DNA from: Haliotis rubra
Taxonomy: Eukaryota
Direction: 5' to 3'
DNA: 64,000 nt
Assembly (NCBI RefSeq): GCF_003918875.1
Contig: NW_025767457.1
Span: 1,364,001 to 1,428,000, forward strand
The position numbers and the translations under genes were made by a program. Below the pieces are notes generated by a model, which saw only the letters and a program-made list of their open reading frames with translations, made no database searches and was not told the origin of the DNA. Positions 49,895-63,335 of this stretch are shown here, piece after piece. Each line of letters begins with the position of its first letter. Position 1 is the stretch's first letter.

Positions 49895-51877
49895 TAAAAT
49901 GATGGAGACATCTTTGAAGTAAATTCTGAACTGCGGTCTAACGTCTGCCTACACAGTGCCAATATTGTGTTTTTTGTGTACAGTCACCCCATTTATGAGG
50001 AATTGTGCTTTGTAAAATGACATGTTTCTTTCCTGAAGGTCAATGACAGGTGGAAAGTGACGTTCTAATGACCACCCTACGACCGATGACAGTGGTGTCC
50101 AAGTGGTCAGACTAGCTCAGTTATTAGTCAAATGAAGCTAGTTAATGGACGGCATCCTCACGGCACTATTGACTTCGTCTGAGCAGTCACCTGACCCCTC
50201 CAGTTGACGAGAGGAAGGATCATTAAAGTCCAATAGCTTCAAAGAGTTAGCTTGATTTTTGCTTTCTTATGACAGTACACGTCTCATGGGGTACAAATAT
50301 CGTTCAGGTAAATATGCTCGACTTTAACAATATTTCATCAAATGTCATGGCGGATGTCACATGAAATGTGCTCAATACAGTGATGAATCAGACCTGGTTT
50401 TTCAATCAAGTAATCATGACCGGTCAGCACTTTTTTAACCACTGGCCAAACCATTATACGAGACTACGTGCGTTTTCTACGAGCTGCTTGGTGGTACCTG
50501 TATTGTATTTAGTAACTTAATGATAAAAATGATATTTTTTTCTGTCTTTTGAATATTTTTGTCTGTTGAGGGGAGGTATATATCCAGTCAAATAAGTAAA
50601 CATGACATCCCCGGGTTACCATGCGTCCTGACGTTTTTTCCGTACGAGCATTTCATTTTCCTCTAAGTAAAGAACATGGAGCTAAAGATGTCGTGCATTC
50701 CTTTGTAAACGTTATTTCAGAATGTTGTAAACTAGCTGTGTGAAGAAAACATTTTATGCTCAGATCTCTTTTACAAACAGTACTCTCTATAAAACATTAC
50801 GTTCCTCAAAGACAACATAATCCCATGGACCTTGAATATTGGTCTTAGATGTATTTGTTTGATGAATAGATGGAATAATTACACTTGTACCTCCACGCGG
50901 ATGTTTGATTTCCCCGGAAGTGACAAGGGCTTCTTGAATGTTCACAGGAGGACCAATTAGAGCGCCATGTTTTGACAAAACAATTATTTGACTACCTCAT
51001 CAAAGACGGCGGTTTTATGAGAGTGACAGAAATATTACATTTTTCCCAAATGTGCGTACCCAGCTGCGAATCGCCGGTTTTTACATGTGTTGAGGTGTTT
51101 CATGAAGTTTTACATCTGAACTTATCTACAGAACGATCAACGTCTGTAAAATGCAGAATAATCGCGGAGGAAGGATATCAGCAACTGCACTCCCCACTGA
51201 TTAGTTTAGCCCATGCTCTGACAAGCAAATGCATAGATACTCCTGGTAGTATTTTTCCCGTTATTCTGCATGATCGGAGCTTTTGAAATAGAGATAGCAC
51301 CCTTAATATGAACCTTGGCAAAATATCAAATTTCATGATAAAACCTCAAGAAGCCTATATTCCCACAAGCGACCGTGTTCTGAGGATGTATTGCTGTTAT
51401 AAATGGCTGATACGGCTTCGCTCTAATAACACGATGTGGTGAATTATCAGCCCTAACCTGAATACTTAGCAAATCATGAATCGTCCGAAGCACCTAATGT
51501 ATCAATTTCTTTGTCTCTTGTGATTCGTTGGTATTACCCCCTCAACATCAAGTGAAGTATGTGTGTAGTCATTCTTCAGTGTGAACTGATCATGGCAGCC
51601 AGGTGAAGCATTAATCCCTGAAGATACTGAGGATATCCGATATCACTTGGAATCAGCAGTACGTGGCGTTGTAATGAATTACTATACCACAGATCGTATA
51701 GCGCCAATGGACACATTGTGCAGTACGGCGGCATGCTGGTTTTTAGTCGCTGGTTTTGGGTGTCCACTTACGTCATCATTGTAGATTTATCATGCTTCTG
51801 TGTATTAATTTGTTCATGAAAGTGTACTTTACTATCACTGTTCTATACAGTAAAAGATACTTGTAGAAGTGTAACTT

Positions 51878-51992
51878 CCAGGGCCTAGAATTTCGAAGCT
51901 CTCTTAGCGCTAAGATAGTCGTAAGTGCCATTCATTAACATTAACTTACGACTATCTTAGCGCTAAGAGAGCTTCGAAAATCTAGGCCCTGG
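51878..51992. mobile_element. Fold-back MITE inserted in the viral L remnant
   Basis: Near-perfect ~50-bp inverted arms (gggcctagaatttcgaagctctcttagcgctaagatagtcgtaag). Absent from the homologous site in U2 (22755). Confidence 0.88.
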
Positions 51993-52926
51993 TGTGTTGA
52001 GAGCAAAGGCACTTTTAATCGAAAAACCTCACACATAGCCAGAAATGCTAAAAATATAAAGATAGACATTTAAGTGGATATTAAAGGTACATCTGAGACG
52101 TCGATGGCCAGTTTGTTCAAGGAGGAGGTGCCTCGGGTAAAGACATAAATCAGAAGCAGGAAGGCAATTATCTTATAATTTTGACCACACCAGAAGGTTC
52201 TGTAATAACATGCGCATTTAAAATATGTAACATATTTAAACCATACACACTGGTCGTGTAGAGATAGGAGACCGTAGTCAAATAGCATGCGATGTAAACT
52301 ATATCATTGCCATTTTCAGATCAGACAATTTTGCCTCTTCCTTTACGAACGTCTAAGTAAAACGTCCCGACAGAAAAAAAACACGCTTATGAAATCTAAT
52401 TATCATCGCATACATGTCCTGGTATGTTCAGTCTTCTGTTGTAACTCAATTTGGAAGCAAAAGAAAATTTGATTGTGGTGTTTTCATTTTTTTAGTTTGA
52501 GAATCTGCGTTCGCATCAATACACAACGCTCCAGTTTCTTTCCCTAACCGTCTATCTAGTAAATTAACATCTCAGGGTTAGTACGTTTCTAAAACAATCG
52601 GTGGCATTCTTTGACAACGGATCCATATGATTTAAATATGGCTTTTACTCTGTGTCAATTTCTCTTGATGCTTATGAAATTAAATATGCATGGGCAGTTC
52701 CTCTTCCAAAGGTTTACAGAAGACATGTGGATCAAATCCTCGAATCTGGAGAACCGCATTCTTTTGCAAATTGTATAGCTATCTAATCGCATCACACGTA
52801 ATCCCAGAGGAGTTCCATTTCTTTGAAGAACTACTATATATGGAAAATCTAATAATTCTGGGAACGTAATGAGATTGTGTCACTTTGAAAATAGAGGCCT
52901 TTATACAACGTTATTTGAAACATGTC

Positions 52927-52984
52927 GGCACCCGTGAAGAGCCATCTCCTCGTGGTGGGTGCTGGTAAACGCTAAGCGCTCTTC
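52927..52984 (+). ncRNA. HDV-like self-cleaving ribozyme at the LINE 5' end
   Basis: Same fold as 37674-37731. P3 is AUC/GGU (wobble retained). G1 lies immediately after the TSD. Confidence 0.85.
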
Positions 52985-55900
52985 AAACCCCCGTATGGAC
53001 CCCACAGCACCCAATTGCTGGCCTTAAGGCGAATTGAGCAACCTGTTTGCCGTGGGTTGCGCCCCTGTGTCGGTGGAGGACGGTAGCCTGGTGGTTGAGG
53101 GCAGTAGGAGCCTGGAACCGTGTTCCTATTGCCCAACACACCACTTCGGCCCTTACTTCACCTAGACGGGTGGTAGAATCGGCCCGATTCTATCAATCGG
53201 CTGGTCACGCCATGCCCTGTGCATAGAAAGTATTTTTGCACATTTGCATTATTGGGTATTGGTCATTTTGACGTCTAGTATACAAAATTGTTGATATATT
53301 TACTTGCCTAGATTCCTATGCCAGAAGGTGGTGGCTCATGGGCCAATCTGGTTATATAGACCTGAGAATGCCGTGTTCTTTAGAAAAGAGTCATGGACCG
53401 AACCAGCCTGTCACTTATTCTTTAAGATACCATGGCTTTTCAAGTCTGTATTTTCTGGAGTATAACATCCCTGTAACCCTGGTATTGCAGTCTGGTTTCC
53501 ACTGCGATACCGTCCTTGTTGACACTCGATGGCGGGTGGGGTGCAGGGTTGTTTAATTCTGTTATTACACCATGGCTAAAAACGCTCAATCTGGTTCATC
53601 GAAACCAAGCAAACGTCGTCATATGTCTTCTTCAACCGATGAAGAGATATCTACTTTCATTAAAGATTCCTGGCCAAGGTTTTGGGTCATAGAAAGTGCT
53701 GATGGAAATCCTTTAAAGATCAATCCTTTTGCCGTCTCCAAGGGTATCCAAGGTATCTGCGGAGAGGTGAAAAACGTCACTCGTCTCCGAAATGGTTCTC
53801 TTTTAATTGAATGCTTGCGCAGGCAACAGTCTGTCAATCTGCTGGGACTACAGCAGTTTGTCAACAACCTTTGTTGTTTCAGTTCACAAAACTCTCAACA
53901 CATGTAGAGGTATCATTAGAGACCAGGGAGTTACTTCAGTTAAACGTTTTAGCAGGAAACAAGAGTCAACTTTTGTAAAAACAAATACTTACCTTTTCAC
54001 TTTTAGATTGACCACTCTTCCCCAATTTATAACGGCTGGATACTGTAATATCGGAGTGGAGGTATATGTACCAAATCGGTGTTACAAATGTCAGAAGTTT
54101 GGACATGGTGCGAGGTCTTGTACTGGCAAGTCAGTGTGCTCACGCTGCAGTGGAGCTCATGAAAGTACTGAATGTACTAATGACATAAAGTGTGCCAACT
54201 GCAGTGGTGGGCATCTGGCATCATCGAAAGCTTGTCCAAAATTTGAGTATGAGAACAAAATCCTGAAATTGAAATGCACTAATAATATCTCATACTTTGA
54301 AGCCAAAAATTTGGTTCTGGTTCAATCAAAACCAGCTACAGGTCTCACATATTCTTCTGCAGTTTCTTCTTCTGCTCCTTCTTCTGTTAAAAAAGCTTGA
54401 ACTATTTCAACTTGTCAGACAGTGATATCTTGGATCAATGACGCCCAGCTAACCTTTGATGACACGACTCAAACATCACAAGACTGTCAGCGCTCATCAG
54501 CCTCTCAGACTGAGGAGACCCAACCAGCACAAACTTTAGATATTGCTTCAAGTCCAGATACTAAGAGTGTTGTTAACCTCACAAACAAAGAAAGGAAAAA
54601 GTTGAGAAGAAAGACCAGAGCTCTTCAACATTTAGAAACGTATTCTCCTATAACACCTCCTGTGGCGGTTCAGAATCTTTTTGACCCGCTTGACATGGAG
54701 ATCACTCTCCTACACAAACAGGGTGTAGAGTGGCGCTGCCACGCGCTCACGATCTCCAGTTGAAGCTCCCTAAACCTTTTTAAATGAAACTAATACAATT
54801 TCATTCATTCTCACCTCCAGGCGATAAAGTCACTGGCGGTGCTTCTATTCTCGTGAGGCAGGGTGTTATCCATAGCCCGGTTCCTCTTAAAAGTAATCTT
54901 CAGGCTGTTGCTGTCCGTCTTACTCTACTCTACTCTAACCTTTACGCTTTGTTCTTTGTATATTTCCCCTTCTTCAGTTCTTCGGCAGTCCGATCTTCAG
55001 GATCTATTTGATCAACTTCCCAAACCCTGTATTATCATGTGTGATCTTAATGGTCATAACCCTTTGAGGGGAAGTACCGATATTAACAATAAAGGGAAAA
55101 TCCTCGAAGACTTCATTTCTAATAATAATCTATGCATATTTAATTATGGATCAGCCACTTATTTACATCCTGGTACGGGAACGTATTCTGAACTTGATTT
55201 GTCACTCTCAGACCCAAATATTTATAACGAGTTTGAATGGTCGGTCCATGATGACCTTTGTGGTAGTGACCATTTTCCCACAATTCTCTCCGCTATAAAT
55301 CCAACTGATGACCGACCTGCAACAAGATGGAATTAATTTTGATAAGGCTAATTGGCCTTCATTTCAAACACTTTGTACTGACAAATTAAAATCCGATTTT
55401 TTTGTGAATGTCCCGGATCCTATTCAGTTGTTCTCGGATACATTGAATGATATCGCCGATGCAACTGTTCCTCAGTCCTCTGCTAAACCTCATTGTCGTA
55501 AACCATGGATTTCTGATGACTTTAAACAAGCAAGGAAGTGTAGGGAAAAGGCAGAGAAGTACTTTCGACGACATCCTACTATTCAGAATTTAAATAATGT
55601 ATAAAGAAATAATGCCAAGGCTCGGCGTACTTTTAAACAAAGTAAACGTCATTCTTGGAAGAACTTTGCATAAAAATTAATACACGTACACCAATGAGGA
55701 AGGTGTGGAACATGCTACAGAGAATCAAGGGCAAAGGTAGAAATTCCAGTGTTCATCATCTTAAAGATGGACACAGTATGTTCACAGATAAAATTGACAT
55801 TGCAAACAAGTTGGGTGAAACTTTAGCTACTCATTCTTCTTCATCCAATTATAATCCAAAGTTTCAGAAATATAAAAATCATCAAGAAAAATTTAAAATT

Positions 55901-58862
55901 AACTTTCATTCTGAAAATGGTGAAGACTATAATGAAGTATTTTCACTTCATGAGCTGAATACTGTCTTGGTGCAAGCTCATGATACGGCAACTGGGGCAG
56001 ATAACATCCACTATCAGCTCCTGAAATATTTACCCAATGCATGTCTTGAAACACTTCTGAACATATTTGGACAACAGGACACTTTCCTCCTTCATGGCGT
56101 CATGCCGTTGTTGTACCAATACCTAAGCCTGGCCGAGACAATACAGATCCATCTAACTATAGACCAATTTCTTTAACAAGCTCTGTTTGCAAGACCATGG
56201 AACGCATGGTCAATAATAGATTAGTATGGTTTCTAGAATCCAATAATCTTATTACTAACATCTAATGTGGTTTTCGCAAAAATAGAAGCACTATTGACCA
56301 TTTGGTTCGACTAGAATCATTCGTTAAAAATTCCATTGTAAATAATCAGCATGCTGTATCAATCTTTTTCGACCTAGAAAAGGGTTATGATACAACATGG
56401 AAACATGGTATTTTAAGAGATTTACATGACTTTGGTTTGAGGGCCGTTTGCCTCATTTTATATCACAGTTTTTAGCAGACAGGCAATTTCAAGTTAGTGT
56501 TGGATCAACCCTGTCTGACCATTATAATCAAGATAAGGGGGTTCCACAAGGCAGTATTTTGTCCGTTACTTTGTTTAGCATAAAAATCAATAGTCTCTCA
56601 AAAGTATGAAATGACTCAATAGATGGGTCATTGTTTGTGGATGATTTAAACGTTTCATGTCGTGGTAAAAATATGCATACCATCGAAAAACAATTACAGA
56701 TGTGTTTAGATAAAATTCATAAATGGTCACTTGAGAATGGCTTAAAATTTTCACAGATAAAGACCAAACGTATACATTTCTGTCGGAAATATAAGCCTCA
56801 TAAAGATCCCGAGCTGTACTTGGATGGCTCTCAAATTAACGTTGTAAAGGAAGCCAAGTTTCTGGGACTGATTTTCGACACACATTTGACCTTTTTACCA
56901 CATATTAAGTGGAAGGCATTAGATCTATTACAAGTCGTGTCCAATTCAAAGTTGGGAGGGGATCAAACTACCCTCCTTCATTTGTACAGATCACTCATCC
57001 GGTCAAAACTTGATTATGGCTCCATCGTATATGGTGGAGCCTGTAAAAGCAATTAGAACCCATTTGATTCTGTTCATCACCAAGGTCTCAGAGTTTGTCT
57101 TGGATCTTTCCGAACTTCTCCTATTGATAGTATTTACGTTGAAGCTGACGAGCCTTCTCTAAACCAACGCCGTATCAAATTATATTTGCAGTATATTACT
57201 AGACTATATTCTAATCAGTCGAACCCTGCATATAATTGTGCCTTTCATCCCCTCTATGAGGATCTGTACAGCAAAACATCTCTTGTTCCGCCTCTTGGGC
57301 TAAGAATTAAACCATTCATTTCTGCTGCCGGCATTGAGCTGGAAAATATATCTCCTTCCCGTCTTCTTTCTTCTCCTCCTTGGCAACTGGTGAGGCCTGA
57401 AGTTGACCTAACTCTGACAAAGTTTAAGAAATCTGAAACTAATGAATTACAATATAAACAAGAATATAATCAATTAAAACATAAATATAATACATACAAA
57501 TCCTTATTTACAGATGGGTCCAAGGATGGTGGCGCGGTGGCATGTTCTACTGTCATTGGATCCAAAACAATATCTTCTCGACTACCAAATAACAGCTCTA
57601 TTTTCACAGCAGAAGCTAACGCCATATTTACAGCTCTTAAATATATTAATAAACACAGTAAATATAAACAATACATAATCCTTTCCGATTCTCTTTCATG
57701 TCTTCAGGCTATTAAAAATCTTTCTTGTAAACATCCACTTTTATTAGAAATTATTGAATTGTATAATGACATTGCTACTGGCCAATGCGACATCGTCTTT
57801 TGTTGGTTACCCAGCCACGTTGGCATTTCTGGGAATACACTGGCTGATCTTGCTGCCAAGGCAGCACTCAATAAATCTGTGACACCAGTTCTTATTCCAT
57901 ACTCTGATTACAATGCTAGCATCAGAACCTACATCCGTGATCTAATGCAAAAGAAGTGGGACACCCAAGTAGGTATTAACAAATTACATGAAATAAAACC
58001 TTATATTGGTTACACCTACTTGGGTTGTCGGTCCAGATTTGAAGAGGTCATCATGCGACGATGTCATATTGGCCACACAAGATATACTCATGTATATCTA
58101 TTGAAAGGCGAGGATCCTCCGTTTTATATCCCTTGTGATTACAGAGTCACTGTCAAGCATATCCTGCTTGACTGTGTTGAATTCTCCATCATAAGGGATA
58201 AATATTTCAATGTAAAAACACTTAAGGATCTTTTTACTACTGTTAGTTCTCATTTAATTATTGTCTTTTTTAAACGAAATTGATTTCATTGATAAATTCT
58301 GATTAATGTGTTTTGTAATAGATATATTTTAAAGATTGGTAGTTTAGATTAATAACATAGATTGTTAGTGGCTGTACCCTAAAAGGAGGTTAAAGTAGCG
58401 TAAAATTATTGTCCTCCTGAGAGGGTACGTAAGTCCCACAACTTTCAAAGTAAAATATACATTTACCACATTTTAAACGTAGTATTTTTTTGTTGTTTTA
58501 ACTGTCGGCTAAATTGTCCTACAATCGCCAGCAGCTGAATGGATGGTGTAAATCCAGCTAGGTTCCATGCAGGTAGTAAAGGAACTGTAAGTTCCCATGG
58601 TCCCTAGTGTGGTGATCTACCTTCAGTTGCTGGTGATCTATAGCCCGATTTTATATTTTGTTGTTTTGCGATGACTTACAATTTTACACTGAACTCAAAC
58701 TAGTTTTAATCAATTTGTGATAGTCTAGTTGTTATACTGTCCTTCGCTGACAGTTTTTTTAAATAAGTATAAATATTTTTGTATTCTTAGTACAAAACTT
58801 TTTGTCGTCACGATATGGCTGAAATATTGCCGATGTGACGTTAAATATTAACTCACTCACTC
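52927..58862 (+). mobile_element. Full-length (5.9 kb) but frameshifted I-group (I/Nimb-like) LINE
   Basis: ORF1 53572-54400 has three CCHC knuckles (CYKCQKFGHGARSC, CSRCSGAHESTEC, CANCSGGHLASSKAC). ORF2 ~54790-58283 has APE (DLNGHN, SDHFP), RT (FVDD), RNase H and CCHC. (ACTC)n tail. TSD aaacatgtc at 52918-52926 and 58867-58875, extendable with one indel. Confidence 0.96.
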
Positions 58863-61855
58863 ATTTAAACATGTCATGTTTTATAAATAGCTCACTAATG
58901 GCTACAGACATGCACTGAGTTTCATATCGATAGTTACAATATTTAAAGTTATAGTCAAATCACGTATATATGTTATAGGGATTGCTTTTCTGAGACGAGT
59001 AAGTCTGTCATTGGCAATGCTTAGTTAAGTTCATGTGTCAAACATGTGTTAAATGCTTGACAGCTAAAATATATTTGGAAAGACCAGATAAGTGTGTGCA
59101 CAGTTTTGTTTGGTTTTGCGCAAGAGGTCATTTGGCAACACATTTGTTTTACACTAAAACCATAAAAGGAGTTCACCACACTACGCTTTTAGGAAACTAT
59201 TTTAAACGAAACATTATTTTGGTGCAGACAAACTCATGGTTGAGGAAAACTACTCACAACATATTCAAGATCAGATTCTGCCTTTTCATTGCTCTGAATT
59301 TTCCTTTCTCAGAAAGACATTTGTAAGTTCCAGATTGGAACGTACGTTATTTGGTCCATACTCTGTATCATGTGTCAGAGTTCGATCGTTTGTGATGGCA
59401 CAGAAATTAGCCCACCGTCGATGGAAATGGGCCATCGGATATCCTTTCAGCCTCAACCGAGCAGCAAATTAATTTAAACACAAGTACCGTTAGTCAACAA
59501 ATGAGGGATAAAGCTCATCAAATTGTCTTTTGTGCGGTTTGTCATTCTCCAGTCAGTCATTTCCCACCCCAAGACTCTGAAATCAACTGTTACTGGCTGT
59601 TTCGTCTTCAAAATAAAAAAAAATCGAAAGAGACAAGTCACAAAATTACATGTGGTAAATTTCTCCTTCCTGCAAGCAGTTTTGGCAATAGAATATTTTG
59701 TGAAATTATGACAATCAATGTGAATTTGTAGAGAACCGGTACTGATCGGTCAGATGCAGATGTAGCGTTTACAAGGTTAAATGCTTGTTAGGAAAATGAC
59801 CGTGTGGAGGCTACTGGTTCAAACCTCTCGGGAACTGACTGAAGAAATGTCAACATTTAAAGAATGAATACCCACCTGGGGTTGCGCCTGCTAGATTCGA
59901 TGAGCAAACTGGCATCATGAGAATGTCGCAATAATAAAAAACTGTTTCACTACTCATTATTACTGACGTCAACGCAACGACATATTAATATTGTCTCCCC
60001 AAGGAAATAAAGACTTCTTATTTAGGTGTGTCCTTGAGAACTTGAGGGATCACACGTATGGATCCATGTCCTCGGAATTAATTTGGTTCTTTCGCTTCAG
60101 AACTTCATATGTTAAGGCCGGGTAGGTGGCACAGAATAGTATTTTCAAGCTCAGCATAATTTGAATAAAAAAAACCAAGATTACACGGAAATGGATCAAG
60201 TTTCTCCGGTAATGGAGACAACAATGTTCCTTGCACGCTCTGCATTCAGCGTCTTCGGCAGAACTATAAACGTTACAAGACAATTTCAAATGAGGGATCC
60301 TCTCTTTTTCCATTGCCTGAAAAACTAAAAACGTTATTTACACACACGTGTTAAGGTTAGGCGGTTCAAGCCGATGACTTCGGGTGAGCACGTCACTAAT
60401 GACCATGATGACCACACCACCTGAAGACAAATCTCTACTGTCAACAACTTGCTTCAGCTCCTGTGGAAGGTTATTCCCAATAGCCTATCAGTAGTCGGAT
60501 ATGGGGAATAGCTTGGCAAACGTCGTTAGAGGAAGCTACTGCGATACAACCTTCCGCTGAGGATAAACATGTTCCCTGAAATGGACTTTCAAGAGCAGTA
60601 GTGTTGAGCAGTGTATTGACCGTATCAATTATCCACTCACAGTTGACGACAGTAGAGTACACACTGTTACATCACCAGGAGAGCTGCGCTGTGCACTCTA
60701 TTGATACTTTGCACAAGTAATGTACGTCTTAAAGTATTTGAATAAGGTCTTTACTAGCAAAGATGTAGACTTTATTAATAACACAACAATTGCTTACATG
60801 TTTTCCTGATTAAACATAAGTTACGCCGACAACTTGCATGTGCTATGCATACATGTCTTCACGCAGATATTATTGAAACAAAAGATATTGATTCTAAATA
60901 GACATTTTTACAATTCTGGGTGAGTACCTATGAGATGATCAGACTTGGTGGCATGGCGGATTTTGTGACGTCATACAGATGGAACTATTTGGGTGTTAAA
61001 AAAGCGGCATTCTAAAAAGGCCATGCGGTACAACTTAGGCATGGCCATCAAGTCCTAATGAAACTGGAAACAACTTCAAATCTCACCACCACCACCCAAA
61101 AAGGGTTCCCGGAAGTAGGACACTGCCTCCAAATAAAAATGCATAAATTAACATCTTATCATGAAACATCAAATTAAGGTAAAGATAATTCCTAATTTGC
61201 AATACAGGTTTCAGTGGGCGAACTGGGAGTTATTTCCAAGTCCTGTCTTGTCCAATGTTTTGTGACATGGGTCCTGTCACAGAAAAACCAAAACAAATAC
61301 ACAAAACTAATCTTAGTATGTTGAGCGAGTGAATTTTTATTGTACAAGCACATATTCTGAAAAACATGAAAAACACATTCAGTCTTTTCATTTCATTTAT
61401 AGACACATTCATTATGCTTTAGACACAAAATAATAATGTAACGCATACAATAAATTTGAATCATCATTTGAATTAATAGGCTATTTATACATTCTTAGAA
61501 ATACCACCATCAACACGCTCAACATGACCAAGACAGGGGGGTATCGAGCGGCTTTGTACACCACGCATGTAGCTTCAACTTCGTCACCAGTCTTCAACTA
61601 AAGCAAATGTACTACATATGTATTACTTCTTGTAGGCTTTCACAAAGTGATCAAATCAAGCAATACAAATGTAACCTATCCTCAGCTATGAGATTAATGT
61701 AATATAAACATGTACATATAAAAGCATTTTTGCAATGTGTCTCTTGCAATCATGTTTCATTATCCCGATGCTCCTCCAGCTGCTGTGACTTCTCACTTCT
61801 CTGAAAGTGATAATTGTATAAAGTAAGAGCATTTCCAGACTAGGTATTTTACCTA

Positions 61856-63335
61856 CAGTCAAATCCCGATGAGTCGAATCGCTGGGGACCAAGTAAAAGA
61901 TTCGGCTTATCGATGTATTCGAGACATAGGTATGTCTATGAGGGTAGAAAAAAAAGATGATTGAATATTGAACAATTCCTTTATTCAGCACATCATATCT
62001 AAATATAGTACAACAATACATTAGGTGACATAGATAATGGAAACAAACAGTATATAAATGAGAACACATTTCAATACTATTACAATAAAATACAAAATAC
62101 ATGTACATGTACCTCTTAAAATCTATGAACAAAATCTATCGGCAATCGATAGATATACATGTACATGCCGCCATCTTGAATCTTATTAATACAAAAAGAT
62201 GAACTCACTTCTGGAAAAAGTCTGACATTAATGTTTGTTTCTGTGAATTTCCCTTACATTTATCCACAAATTCACGGACACTTGCCAAGTGGGAAAAAAT
62301 GTTCGTTGTGTTTGTACCTGGGACCGACTCGAGAAATTCCTCCAGTCCTTCACAGAACTTTATCGCTTCCGATACGGGTGATGGTGGTTTGACGGCAGGG
62401 TGTGTCTCGTCTTCATCATCAGACGAGTCGTCGTTGTGACAGGTCCTGGGACCAAGCAATGGTTCGATGATGTCGGCATCAGATGAAGGGGCACATGTTT
62501 CAATGTTGTCATCGACACTTACTTAGTCGGCCAAAGTCACATCACCTGGAAGTACACAGACATGTAATCTGGCTAGGGGGATGTCATCTTCATCGTCAGA
62601 TTCACATGGGGCTTCGGGAGATGCGGCTTCTGTCAGAACGAATCCAGCGTGGCGGTAGCAGTTGGAGATTGTTACTGGCTTTACTTTCTGCCAAGCATGT
62701 CGTAACATACGCATGGCATCAAGCACTGTGATTACACATTCCTTACTGTCGTTGATGGCCGCTATGTAACGGTCAAGAGCTGCATTCCTGTAGTGGACCT
62801 TCAGAGTATTGATGACACCTTGGTCCATTGGCTGCGTTTTAGAAGTTGTGTTTGGTGGAAGGAACACAAGAGTAATGTTGTGAGACCTTTGACTTTCGGG
62901 TGAGCAGGGCAGTTGTCTAAAATGAGAGCAATCTTCTTCTTCCGCCTAATCTTTTGTTTATCTAATGATTTTACCCAATCACCAAATAAACCAGACGTCA
63001 TCCAGGCAGACTTGTTGTGACAATATGAAGTCGGCAGAGATTTGACGTTCTTAAAACAACGCGCGCAACGGCTTAGCAGATTTCCCTATCACTAATAGGG
63101 GCACCTTATCAGTTCCAGTCTGATTAGCACAGACAAGGACAGTTAGGCGTTCCTTTGATTGTTTACCACCGTGACATTTGAGACCTCTGAACTCAAGAGT
63201 TTTGTTAGGCAAAAGACGATAGAACATTCCTGTCTCATCAGCATTGTAAATGCAATCTGGCTCAAACTTCTGTAACACTTGTTGTAAGGATTTTGCCCAG
63301 TCATTCATAGGTAGGCTACCTACTTTTTGATCGCC
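61856..63335 (-). mobile_element. 5'-truncated pogo/Tigger (TIGD-like) DNA transposon, frameshifted transposase
   Basis: IYNADETGMFY, CHGGKQSKERLTVL, LILDNCPAHP and FLPPNTTSKTQPMDQGVI across ORFs 63051-63356, 62801-63001, 62523-62867 and 62205-62459. TA+CAGTC.. terminus at 61854-61880. Confidence 0.93.

Larger units (their letters stand above)
46090..60780 (+). pseudogene. EVE unit U4, decayed L gene, split by a gap, several retroposons, a MITE and a full-length LINE
   Basis: 46090-47900 is homologous to 8730-10000 (DIIGSLNKTR, SNLYRRCVL, IALGTK). 50620-52926 is homologous to 21480-23625 (IEKPHT.PEMLK 52018, MKSNYHRI 52389, SYLIASHVIPEEF). The gene resumes after the LINE at 58876 with VEATGSNLS (59804), VSLLIITDV (59944) and GSMSSELIW (60060). 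Confidence 0.82.
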
